Positions 1 through 12,287 of a stretch of 64,000 bases of DNA are shown here, piece after piece. Origin of the DNA: Phoronis australis (taxonomy: Eukaryota; Animalia; Phoronida); assembly GCA_002633005.1 (NCBI GenBank), contig NMRA01000162.1:365632-429631 (forward strand), read 5' to 3'. A program made the position numbers and the translations under genes. The stretch's first letter is position 1; every line of letters starts with the position of its first letter. A model generated the notes under the pieces. That model was not told the origin of the DNA. It did not search any database and saw only the letters and a list, made by a program, of their open reading frames with translations.

Positions 1-3000
1 GTTTGCCAAAAATGTGAGCTTTCTTCTTTGACTTGATCACTATGTCACCATTGAAGTGAACTTCAGCTTCAACCACCCCACCCAGTCTTCGAACATGGAA
101 GACATCTTAAGTTGGTAGGCCACCTCCACAATCATCAAAAACAACAGTAAGCTGGGTGTACATGCTGACGTAATCCACATAAGCTGTACCAACTGACTGA
201 AACGTTGCAACTCTAGGTCATAGAATACAGTGAAGGAGAGAACTGCTGTCGATTGCATGCATCACCGTGTTTTCTGGAAATTGGAAATCCTCAGGTAGGT
301 CGTGCTCTGCTGGATCAGGGTGCATCAGCTCAGCCACTCTGGGAAGACCAGATGTACCAAAAAGAGCGGGGCAACCAACACACAGCTCAAACTTCAAAAG
401 GCTTGATAAACATTCACTGTACATGTAAGTGATCGCTGAAATAGCAGTTGTGGATCCACTTGTGTAAAGTCACTATTGGCATCATGAACAAGTAGACTTG
501 TCATTGCCACAACGTTGTCTTTCTTTCTGAATGTGAAGTCTTTCACACTCGACCCCTCTATAGACAAGAGAATTGCCTTCCCGCTTCTCTGGCATTTTCG
601 GCATTGACGCGTGTGCATGCAGTCACAACAGTGGCGATGTTCTGTAATCCCCTTCAAATGGGTTTCTGTTGTGGAGGAATTCAACAAGGCTGAGGATGTC
701 TTTGTCATCTCGCGACTGTCTTGCCAGGGTACATTCTTTATGCTGCTCACTTCTTTCGCAACTCAAGTTTGTCATACTCTGCATGGCGCATTTTATACTT
801 GAGCATACATGCCGGCATGGAAAGCAGACACAGTGCATGCTGCGTATCTCCCATCCTGCAACCTCTAGTTAAACCTCCTGATGATTTAATGTTTTTTATG
901 AGCGTTTGTTCAATTACAAGGTCATATGACAAGCCTCCCTAAAATCTGTCCCTTAGTGTTATGGCATGGTGGCCGTTAATAAAGGTGCTGTGTGCTGGAT
1001 GGGTGCCTTTGAGTTGGTGCATCTTCTGCATGTATATGTATGCAGATTTTGCATATGAGATATAACCAGCTGCTGCAAACTACGGCAGCATATTAGAAAC
1101 TACTTTAGATGAATTTTCCAATCTGACGTTATTTCTGCTTTTAGAAAAAGTAGAAGGATGTCATCCATTTTCATATACTGTAGCCAGAGACTGCTGGCTC
1201 GAATTTGCTTCGTTTTTTATGGATTCCTACAAGACACTCCGACAAGCATACATCGCCGCACACAGACGTCATGCCAGCAATAAGATTATCATACAGCTTC
1301 AGACCAGCTTTCAAATCCTCATCAAGTATACCAGTGGCCATTGATTCTTCTGACAAACCATACTGTCATTGCATATTCTGAAGACCTATACTCTGATTCA
1401 GTCCTGTTTGAATATAGCAGTGGCAGTATGTAGGAAGCCAGAAGTGTACTCTCGTGAGTGTATTCCACTGTAATCCAAGGTTCAGAATAGGAAGACACTG
1501 AGTGTGCATTGCATGTCCCAGTGTATACATCTATAGTTATGTGATCAGTTGAGATGTCTGAAGAATCTGTCTCCATATATTCTGACGAGCCAACGTTTGT
1601 GTACAAGCATTGAATTGCTCTGTCTCTTGGCACGGAATCTGTGTTCTGTGTTGGTGACATTCGGGACTCCTGGAATTTCTGAAGAACCGGAACTTCTTTC
1701 TTGAAATCCTGAAGTTATTGGTTCTGGATTGGCGTTACTTGATAATACGCTTACGAGGAAGTCACGCCTTTCTAAGGATCTGTGAAAGTTTTCACCGCTC
1801 GTCCTTCTGAGCGGCTTTTACCAGGTTCAAAGAGAACGCGGCGCCGGAGTCAGGTTCAGTTGCGATGACCACATTGCCCGATGCGAGCAAGACCCAATTA
1901 AGTGTAATTACCCGACCAAGCACGGTTTTCGATTTTTAAAAATCGATTAACTAATAATCTAAAAACTACAACCATTGGGTACGATTGAAGATAAACTACC
2001 GCGCGTGTCGATATAGTCAGTAGATATACAAACGCTGATCAGAGTTAACAATATCACATGGATTCATTTTTTAATATTCTTTCAATCTCGTTTAACCAGA
2101 TTATAGACCAGGAAACAGTTGTACTTAACTTGTGCCAACTTTTCATTTTTTATTACTGACAAAGAGGTTAAATAGTTATATAGTCAGTGCCACCGAAATT
2201 GCCCAAAGATTCCAAATCTTCAGTACTGATTATCACCATATTTGCACTTTGTATATATTTTATGATTTCAGTTCTAATAAAGACTAAACTTTAATGGCAC
2301 TTGAAATATTTAGTGTAGGCCTACCTGTAATGTGGAAAGTTCAGGGAAGGGCTCACAATGAACTTAACTAATTAAGTTTCGCTGGTGATCAAAATCTACC
2401 ACTGTTTTGGTACTTCAAGTTTAAAGCTTAGGTAAAAACTTATCAACCCGTTCCCGGTAAGAAAAAAAGCAAGTGGGCAGAAGCATTAAAAATTAAATAA
2501 CGAAAACCAATATGAAACATATCGATCCTTTGGGAAGTGGCCCTTTGTGAAGATAAACACAAGTTAATCTTTTTAGTCATTTTGTAATATTTATAATGTA
2601 CCAAGTTAAAACTACTTTCCAGAGTTGCAGGCTGTAACTCTGCAAATGTCAGAGAAAACCAAATTGGGGGTACTAACAACAACCATTGTTGAGACAGTAA
2701 TGCTAGCAATTACCTTTCCACTTCATTAGCTCAGATCTACATCAATACAAAGGGCGTGCTGAATAGGCGTCGTAAAAGTTGTCTGGGGCTAAGGGAATCT
2801 GAGCTATGACCAGTGTGACTGTCAGCGAGAAATTCTCCACATGAATATTTGGAAGTGGGATGTTGAATGCTCTGGCTGTGATGACAGCATTCAGTGCTGA
2901 GTCTACCAACATATGCCCCCTCCCTGCTCTATCCATACTTTTTCAATTTAACACATGGTTCTCACTGTTTGGTGCATACACTGTCTCAAGAACTTGAAAC

Positions 3001-4165
3001 CTGACATTACCAATCCAATAAATCCCAGAAAGCTCATCTCAGTATCAAATCCGCCAAGCCTGACTATGAACAAGTGACTGCAGATCAGTATCGTTTGGTT
3101 TGCTGGCACTAATTTCCTCTCAAATCAGTTACCTATGTTCATAAAAAGCATGCATATTACACCAATTTGAGTACTTAATGCTAAACATTTAATTATTAAG
3201 TTTTTGTTACACAAGTTTATTTATTTTACATCAAATTCATGTGAAATCAGCGGCCAAATTCTCCACTCATGTCAGTAGCAGACGGAATCGTTGCATCGGA
3301 ACAACTGATAATATCTCCATTAGCAGAGAGCAAAGCCACTTCCTGCCCATTGTGATTCAGGGTTTGTGTACTGAATAAGCCAATAATTCCATCAGAATTA
3401 CATATTCTAACAAATATTATTTTTGATGCCTCAAATTAATACATTTTACAGAAAAATAATTGAGTTTGTGAAATTCCTTATGAAAATTTAACTAAAGCCT
3501 TTTCTGAAAAACACCAAATTTTACGTTCAATAATCTAAAATGTGATTAAAATTTAACAATTAGTACCTAATTCTTAAAAACAAACTTTATAAAGAATCAA
3601 CCCATTAAACCTAACTGTAGATTGTAAATTGTTTTTGTGTAAACACTTCTCAGGTTACAAACAAAGTCTGCAGAATGCACATGCGGTAAATTGAAGTTAT
3701 TTGTGAGCTGGCGGCCATTTTGTCAGCCATCTTGATTTTTTTCCCTCCAATCAGTGACCAACTGTAAGGTCCAGATATTTTCGATTGTCTAACTTACAAA
3801 TGCATAGAAATTTTGCCATTTTCAGGGCAAAATATGAAAAGAAATTTTGCAACATGTACCAAACTGCCGTTTTGGCCGCTTTTTTGTGGGCCATATTGGT
3901 TTTCAAAATTGGCAACTTTTGATTGGTAGGTCTGATATGAAAAGTGTACAACCAATGACAAGCTTTATTGTGTTATTTCCAGCTGTTACATAAGAGTAAC
4001 ATGCCAAAAAAGCAGTAAACACTGGTTTTGGCGGCCATTTTTTCCGCCATCTTGAAAAACCGACTTCCGCCACTGCGGATGTTTGAAGATGCCATTTATT
4101 CAAAAAAACTTCTGTTGAAATTTTTTCTAGGTTGGGCCCTCTGGAGCCCTAGAATGAGTGGACTA
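1..4165 (-). mobile_element. Academ (AcademX-type) DNA transposon relic, 5' part, running off the window start
   Basis: The minus-strand terminus is TAGTCCACTC at 4165. Frameshifted transposase motifs occur in order: IVRLGGFDTEMSFLG..YAPNS..RAGRGHMLVDSALNA (~3080-2880), WKIHL..MLP*FAAAGYISYAKSAYIYMQ (~1130-1020), DLVIEQTLIKNIKSSGGLTRG (~930-860), VDPQLLFQR (~460), FELC..PALF (~390). The noncoding end has repeated GGCGGCCATTTT. An unrelated AT-rich block may sit at ~1700-2700. Confidence 0.75.
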
Positions 4166-4832
4166 TAATCAAAATAGCCAAAAATGCTTATGGATTTTTA
4201 TGCAATTTAATTCAACATCCTTAATTTTTATTCTGCTGAAGACCCATCAGGAACGATAAGCTCAGAAACAATTAATCCCTAATACAAAGTATTTTTTATA
4301 GTTAAGCGTGAAACTAAACTGCCGCTGCAATTTTCCATTTCCGCGCGGAATTCAAATCGACGTTGAAATCCATACGTAACACACCTAAACTACAAAGAAC
4401 GATGGCCATGTCGATTGGCAGTAGGGCGATGATCTAGCCGGGGGATCATCAATATAAGGCAATACGCTTTTCCAACAAAGAAAAATACGTGTTATCACCA
4501 TTTGAATACCTAAGCGATACACGTGCTATACGTTGTGATGGTGACGACGGGGCTAGAAGCAAAGCAATGTAGGCTAATGTACAATGACTCCTACTGACAC
4601 AACTCGTGAGAAGAAAATCGAAGAAGTGGCTCATCAATAGAGGATTCTACACAAGCTCAGATTTATGACATGGGCAAAACCTCTAGGAAACTTCGTCAAG
4701 ATCCCTTGGCTGGATTTGTTTTCTCACATGGACTGTAAGAACGATTTTTTGCAGAAAAACTCGACGTGTCTAAAACTTTCGACTACATGACGCAACTTAT
4801 GTAAAAACACGCTTGAGCAATTTTGAAATGAG

Positions 4833-5134
4833 TTTTATACCACAATATTAGCCTCGAATGGCAGATACAACCGTGTAATAACCCATAAAGTTATCTCACT
4901 AGTGAGATAACATTTTGGCTGGAAACCGAGGCCGGATTCGAACCCGGGCCTCAAGATTTGCGAGTCGCCGACTTTACCACTACACCACTCAGCGGCTGAC
5001 GTCATCGAACGTGATAATAGAATACTTAAATGAGCACGCGCAACAATCGCATGTTCAGCAACGGGCATTGCACCGACATTGATACGCTATGAAAAATAAG
5101 ACGCATAATTTCCATAAAAACGATATTTTAATTC
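4833..5134 (-). repeat. Short interspersed repeat with a tRNA-like Pol III head (4921-4996) and a 22-bp palindrome (4890-4911); SINE-like or non-autonomous element
   Basis: The minus strand has box A TGGTGTAGTGG and box B GGTTCGAATCC, with acceptor-like GCTGAG/CTCGGT pairing but poor D and anticodon stems. GTTATCTCACTAGTGAGATAAC is a perfect palindrome. Outer boundaries are approximate. Confidence 0.55.
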
Positions 5135-7274
5135 AGAGGGACCGTACCATAACACACGATTATGTGAGTCGTACATACTGCCCAAAATGTTAATTATTTT
5201 TCCATGCAAACCTTTGGTTAAAAGGGCATAAAATAAACGGGAAATATCTACACTATCAAATGCCTTACTAAAATCAACGAATGCACAATATACTTTCCCC
5301 CCTTCCGTTTAGTGACATGTTTCTGGATGATACACTGTAGGTTAAAAATGTTATCGATTGTAGAGTACCCAGTCCTAAAGCCGGTTTGTTCTTCCGGGAT
5401 ACATTTCGTGTTATTCGACCATTCAATTATACGAGAATAAAAAAAATAGTTGTAAAAAATATTTATACTATCTATAACGGAGATCCCTCTGTAATCATTT
5501 GGATTAAAATTGTCTCCTTTTTTGTAACACTGCACAATAATACTTTTTGATCATTGGGATGGATAATGCCGGGTATTGAAAATTCTATTAAAAAGTTTGT
5601 GGAGAAGTTCTACTAGGGCCTCAGGGAAGCACTTACAGAATTCAGCCGGTATGCCATCTTCTCCGGGAGATTTATTATTCTTTGGTTTCTTAATGGCCCT
5701 TAATATTTCATCTGCGCTAATACCGGCATTTAGTTCATCCATGTCAAAGGCACTGGTTACAACACGCTCACTCTGTGGGTGCTTACAACGCTCACACTGT
5801 GCGTCATGCTCATCAAGAGTCTGTCTAACTAGGTCATCAAAAGTTTCACTGCAACTTTCTGTTCTGTTAATATCAAACAGGTTACTGAAATATCTAAACC
5901 ACTCCAATTCAGTAATATTATTATTATCAGGCTTTGTAGTGTGTACTGGCTCTGACAATCTTTGTTTTATAATATTCCAAAATCTATTATCATTCCCCAC
6001 TGACTCACAAAGCTCACTTTCTTTATTGGTATAGCATCGCGTTTTCGTCTTCTTAAATAAATTTTTGTACTCATTTCTACTAGCAAGATAGTTTCTCAGG
6101 TCTAAGTCATTCCGAGACACCCTAAATTTTCGCAGTAGACGCTTCTTTTGTAGTTTCATCTCTTTACATTCACTGTCAAACCATGCACGTCTACGTGGTT
6201 CACTTACACACCTGTCTTGCCTCATGAGCATGCCCGCTCCACATGACTGGAGCAAGTCTACTAAGCCTTTAACACTCTCATTTATGTCCATATCAACACA
6301 GCTCATAATTTCTCGACACTTATCGTTTCCTTCCTGGCTTTGAAATTTTTCTAAAAATACACCTGCTTTCTCATTATGCCATCTATATCTTACTTGTTTT
6401 TGCAATGCTATATAAGGTTCGCCAGTAACTTTCTGACATAATTTTGCAGGGGCACTGAAGGTACAAATTAAAGGAAAATGCAACTATAAATCACATTGCA
6501 ATACTTTAAAATCTTGAATGTACTCAAACAACGATGTCTCGGCAAGAACATAATCAACGGGGCTACAACCTCTCGTCGAAACAAAAATAAAATTGCCATC
6601 AGGATCAGATTTCGATCTACCATTAACAATGTGGATACCATGACCCATACACAAATCAATTAAATTTTTACCAAAATTATTAGTTTTGGCATCTTGGTTT
6701 TTCCTTGGTTTGGCGAAATCATCCTCTACATAGACACAGCTATCTTCTATAACAGGGACATATTTTCTACTGTCATCAGCAATAAAGTCATTGACGGTGC
6801 CAGTGCGGGCATTGAAATCACCTGCAAGAATTAATTTGGCTTGGCTTAGTTTACCTGAAACATTAAAATGTATGATGTCACTATATAACTGCTCCAAGTC
6901 ACTTTCATGGCTATATTCAGAACCTTCTGGAGGCAGGTACACAAAATCTATAATGACATGAGGCTTTTCGCTTTGGGGTACATATTTTTATGTGTAAATA
7001 GACACGATCTTTTAAATCATAATTGCTGTGCGTTACATTCTGTGCCAAATTATTTTTACTAACACAGTGACGCCTTCTGATAACTGCCCACCAGGGGGGC
7101 GAATTGCAGAGTGGACAGTATATTTGTCGAAAAACGTGTTAAATTCTGTTGGTGATTTTGGAATGATTCAATGAAACCAATTACATCACATGACTCAACA
7201 ATTTCATACATTTCCTGAGAAGATGACTTCATTTTGAAGCCCAGTCCTTCTATATTCCAGAATCCTATATTCAA
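5135..7274 (-). pseudogene. LINE ORF2 (APE endonuclease + RT), frameshifted and truncated
   Basis: Motifs are spread over several frames: WNIEGL, YLPPEGS, GDFNARTG, IVNGR..DPDG, VDY, WFDSEC, KSPGEDGIPAEF, YRGIS, EEQTGFR, FVDFSKAFD. Confidence 0.85.
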
Positions 7275-7298
7275 ATCGATGCTCTGTTCGTCAGATTG

Positions 7299-8027
7299 CT
7301 ATTCTGCATCAGGGTCTACTTCATCATTGATACCTTTGTTAGCTGACCTTCGAAAATCTGTTCTTCGTTTGACCATGTCGTGTTCTTCGTCATTATAGTA
7401 GTAGGTTTCTTTACCGTTGATCATCTTGTCGAATGTGATTTTAGCATGTTCCAACCTGTTCTCCATTTTGAAGGTGTATAACTTTTTCCTGGCCACTCTA
7501 ACTCGCCACGAGAAATTTTCAGTTATGTGTACCCCCTCTGGCAGGTCGCTACGCTTCTTCATAAGAGCAGATTTGCTTGCCGCCGATACTTTTGCGATTA
7601 TTGGTCGATTTATGTTTTGCTGTTTTCTGCCAAGACGGTGTGCACGGTCAATAGACAACTCACCTATTGTTAAATCATCAGCCACTTGTTGAACCAATTC
7701 AGCAGTTTTGTCCCATGACTCGTTGACCTCCTCCTTCATACCATGTGTAACATTGTACCTTCTGGACCTATTTTCGAGGTCGTCCACCTTACTCTCTAGC
7801 AGCTTTATGCAATTCCTGAGTTTGACATTTTCAGCCTTTGTCTCTTGAAATTGATGTCTTAGTTTATCTATCTCCTTCTCCATATCATCAAATCTGGCAT
7901 TCAGCTGGTTCAGCAACTCCCTGTTTGTTATGTCTTGTTGTGGGGCCATGTAATCTACGATACTGCTGGCATTGCGCAGGTTGGGACGGTTCGTTGGAGT
8001 TTTTGGTTTTGCACTACTGGTCGGCAT
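7299..8027 (-). CDS. LINE ORF1p (coiled coil plus L1-type RRM-like domain)
   Basis: 242 aa. A heptad-rich coiled coil is followed by DDLENRSRRYNV, IDRAHRLG, RPIIAK and ITENFS. Confidence 0.85.
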   Translation of the reverse strand: MPTSSAKPKTPTNRPNLRNASSIVDYMAPQQDITNRELLNQLNARFDDMEKEIDKLRHQFQETKAENVKLRNCIKLLESKVDDLENRSRRYNVTHGMKEEVNESWDKTAELVQQVADDLTIGELSIDRAHRLGRKQQNINRPIIAKVSAASKSALMKKRSDLPEGVHITENFSWRVRVARKKLYTFKMENRLEHAKITFDKMINGKETYYYNDEEHDMVKRRTDFRRSANKGINDEVDPDAE

Positions 8028-8472
8028 TGTTCACAATGGTTGTGACAGTTACGTAATACCCTGCAGATACAGTGTACGTTGAATGTCCGTTGTAAATGTG
8101 CACTGGGGAACACAATGAAATAACTACTTTTAACCATGCGCTCATTCAGTTTCTAGCACCTACAGAATCTCTATCCACTCCTCAATGAACTGACGAGATT
8201 TAAAGTAATCGTCTTCTGCACAAATAGTATTTTACAGCAAATTTCAGCAGCACAGTTTTCACCCGCCTTCGTAGGTAGGCAGCGTATGATGATTGCAGAA
8301 AACCACTTCCGATATTGTAATGTAGTTTGTTTGTCACGTTCCAGACCTCTTTAAAGATTGTTCATTTCCAAAATTTTGCATAAAGCGTTCTCCTAGGAAT
8401 CATTATATATCAGGCCTTTTATACGCTACAGGACCAAAAGTTATATCAGGTAGTCTTTTGATTATGTTTCAG

Positions 8473-9190
8473 GTGTTGGTACAGTCGTTTTTTCGTTTCT
8501 GGTCACTTGGCTGGTGGCAGAGTTGTCTTGGCGCAGCCTGATTCAACTTTTAGCTGGACTGTTGATACATTGCGTTGTTTGCGGGGTCCTCTATCGACCA
8601 ATGAGTGCACAAGACTCCGTTTGCAGCTCTCCCGCAGATATATCGGATTTAAACGAAGTAAACTGTGAACTCAAATCTGGCGAGCTTCTCTTGCCCGAGC
8701 GAACCAAATCGCATGAAAAAGTTCACACACTCGTTACCAAGGTAACATTTTCATCTACGTCATACGGAAATCTCAAAGAAGTTGCGGATGAAATGAGGGA
8801 ACAAAAGCTAACTTTATCAAGTCGTAGTGAATCACAAGACCTCAGGAAAACTTTGCTTATGGGGGAAGTAATGGAAACGGCCACTTTCAAACCGTTTAGG
8901 TCAAAAAGCGAGCCCAGTCTTCAATTGACAGACAACTTGAAAAAACATCCCCTGTCAGTTAAATCTCATTTACTGAGACCATTGGATCGTAAGGACATTT
9001 TCTACAGCGGAAGTATTATGCGCATACCACACAGTGTCGATTTGCCCTCTGTTGGGCCTTCAAAAAACAGTTTACACCTAGAAAAAATTGAGAAACCGTG
9101 CATGCGCACGATTTTTAGGTCTAATCGACTGCAGTTTGATGGCAAATAAGTCGTTTGTGGCGATTGTGCTTTCGTGTACTCTTTGGACAG
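8473..9190 (+). CDS. SLC16/MCT-like transporter, internal exon (TM5-TM6, large cytoplasmic loop, start of TM7); apparent +1 frameshift near 9060-9090
   Basis: Acceptor tttcag|G at 8473 and donor ACAG|gtaagc at 9190. Translation GVGTVVFSFLVTWLVAELSWRSLIQLLAGLLIHCVVCGVLYRP matches MCT TM5-6, and RPLDRKDIFYSGS is typical of invertebrate MCT loops. After the frame change it reads LIDCSLMANKSFVAIVLSCTLWT. Confidence 0.85.
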
Positions 9191-12100
9191 GTAAGCCTTC
9201 TACGGATTGTGTGATGTTAGTAATAAGTAGATCTGCACGCATGTATTTATCCGTAAAAATCAAATGCAAGCAAAGGCATCCGAGCTCACGAGTCGAGTGA
9301 AATATTACATTATATTATATGTACAGTACATCATGACACCAAGCGGATACTCAATGTAAATGACAATATCAAGTCATGTTGGTCAAGTCTAAGGCGCCTT
9401 CCTGAAGAGTTTTAGCTGGGTTGTAATCTTGACAGACTTGAGAATTTTTCAAGTAGGCCTACATTATGCAAAATTCTATGTTTGCTTATAACTTCCTTGT
9501 CAAGCACTGCAGGAAGGTTTTTATGACATTTTCACACATGTTTCTTTGGCCAGCAAATTTTACGGAGACAATTTTGAGGTGGATACTTCAAGATTTTGCA
9601 TAAATTGCGCAATAATGGAAACTGTACTTGTTAATACAGCTGTGGTATCACGCACCACAGGCAAAATTTATGCAGACTTGCCATTACGTTACTTTAGTCA
9701 GTGAATTTAATGGAGCTATATGTAGTTTGGAGGTGGGTAATTTAAGAATTTGAATAACTTATACAAATTAACGCAGCCACTAATGACCACTATACTGGTG
9801 CTTTTAGCTACGTTAACAGACATTGTTAGTTAGTTATTTATACAGTGTATGCTCAATGGGGCTATTCGGAAAATTTACAATAACTAGAGGGCGTGCGTGT
9901 ACTAGTGGTAATAGATTAAGCAGCCTCGATTTCGCGAGCCCTTTAAATACATGGTGAAATGGCTTGCAGCCGTGCCAACTGAATCTGAGATTGCGTAAAA
10001 GGGTGCTTCTATGAGAGGAAGTAAGCACGACCTTATACAAAGGTAAGGTTTTGGATTATTTTTTCGATTATTCCATGTTTATTCTACTGATGTTTGTTAG
10101 CTGAGGTACTCGCCGATGTCGACTTTGCGGCAGTCGCCAGTCAGGTTAATCTTTGTTGTGATGGTGTTAAGATACTTGACGTAAAACTCGGGATCTTTTT
10201 GCACATCAAAGCATTGTTATTGTTTGGAATGAATTCTAACAGGTTTATCAGTGACAGTTACATCAATCTATGCTGAATGTTTATGCTGTCAACTCGATAT
10301 TGGTTAGTGAGTTTAGATTACAATCCAAGGCCTATGGCAAAGGGTACGTGACAAATATACATTGCATTAGACTATTTGTTTACTCCCTATCATATGTCTT
10401 CCGGAAATCTATTACTCGTTGAAATGGGAAATCTATCATGTCTGTTTTCACGTGACTTTTAGTTTTTAGGTTTGAGGGTTGCACCGTACCTGAATTGACA
10501 AAAAATGGTTTCTGCAGCTCAGCAAGATCTTAATTCCCATCCAGTGCAGATCTGTTGTCAAGGCCTAGATTCTATATCGGAGACAACGAACAAAGCCTTT
10601 GAAAAGAAACAGCTATTTTTAAAGAAAGGTATGTAAGTCGTTTTGTTAAATTTACTTATTGAGGTTCTTAACGAGGGATTGGCATAGGGGGGTTGGGGTT
10701 GTAAAATTTGGTGAAACTGACTGTGTGGAACTAACAGCCTTAGACTAGAAGTATGCTTGACTGACCCATGAATCTGTAATCGGAGTTTGTAATTGCTGAA
10801 AGTATCAAGAAATAAAAATTCTCGAAAATGGGTATAAAAGGTTTGAAGTTGTCGCAAAAAACTTGTATGTTTTGCAGACAAGTGATGCGTTTAAAGAATT
10901 GTTATGGCTACGAATGAAAAATAAAGGCGCAGTTTTATGCAATACTTATTATTAACACCCTTGTTTTCTGAAAATAGTACGTATTTAATTTTATGTGAAA
11001 TTGCAGAGCAGTCATCATTTCATATTTTTGAAAAACAGGGGTAGCATTTTTTACTCAACCTGGAGTACTTAGTTATTCATATTTCAATATTCGTTCCAGG
11101 GTTCAGTGATATTTTAAGGCCACTTCAAGCCGCAACATAGACAAGTTTTGTTACTCCGTTCTCTTCCCACAGCACTTCCACACACCAGCAGTGATGCATG
11201 GCACAATGTAGAAGTCAGTGGCCCTAGAGAAATGTGAATCGCAGCACTCAGTTACCATAAGACAGTGTGTCAGTGGATTGTTTGTGTATGACGAGGAAAC
11301 ATATCTGACTGCGACACAAGTAAGCCTCATCGGTGAGGGTCCCCTGTAATAGGCAATGAGTGGTGTGTGGACAATAGCTTATTTCCTTTCCTAGAAGAAA
11401 CATGAGGGACTGAAACTAAAGAAGACCTAGTCACACTCTGGTCTAGTTCAGGGTCCGATTTTGGGCACAAAGCGATTCAAGTGATATGCTGTTGTGTTTA
11501 CCTTTAATGGTCTAATTGTGGATGCTATTGAGTCTGAATGAGATTACGTGAAAAGAAAGCCACATTCCGAAACTGGACCTTTTTACAAGCGCTTCTATAG
11601 GCCATTGAAACTAGATCCCAGTGAAATGAAAACCAAACACATCTGGTATAAATGCCTCTCTTTTCTCACTGAGTGAATTTTAACTTTTCCTGTCAGAAGA
11701 AAGGCTTTATACTAATGGTAAAAAACTTTTCAATTTCGTACACATTATGGGTAAATGACATTCAGTGACTGCATCGATTGTCTTATTGTCAGTAGAAAGC
11801 CCGTTCATGTTACACTTTGATGATCAAATAAATTTTTAATCAACAGGCAAGTTTGTCACTAATTATTGAAACGACAATATTTCTTCAGTTTTAAAGCCCC
11901 ATACAGTGCAGTAAGTTGTGCTTATTCTTGATAAAGCTGAAGTGGTTATCGAATACGCTTGCGAATTGTAATTTTCCTGTTGACCTAAAGAAATGTCCAG
12001 CGATCAAAATGAGGTATTCCCTTTGTTTGCATTTGAATTGTTTGTGTGTGTAATTATTTTAGAGCTTTTTCAAGAAGGCATTTGAACAATTTTATGGTTT

Positions 12101-12263
12101 ATGTTAAGTTGTCTATGAACAAAAGTTCCACATGCAAGAAAAGTAATACTATGTTTTCAATTGTAGCTAGCTGGGTAAGTATCTGCTGTGCACAAGATTC
12201 AAGAATAAACAATTATCAGTGTATTTAAAAACAAAATGGCAAACTGAACAAGCACATAATACT

Positions 12264-12287
12264 TACATACATACATACATACATACA
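12264..12287. repeat. (TACA)6 microsatellite
   Basis: Read directly from the sequence. Confidence 0.9.

Larger units (their letters stand above)
5135..8270 (-). mobile_element. Non-LTR retrotransposon (APE-RT type, RTEX-like or CR1/L2 group); 5' end present, 3' truncated inside the RT
   Basis: ORF1 is followed by a broken ORF2 with APE and RT motifs. The RT homology stops near 5135. Confidence 0.85.

Noticed and set aside
4921-4996. Functional tRNA gene
   Set aside because: A and B boxes are present, but the D and anticodon stems do not pair. Treated as a tRNA-derived repeat.
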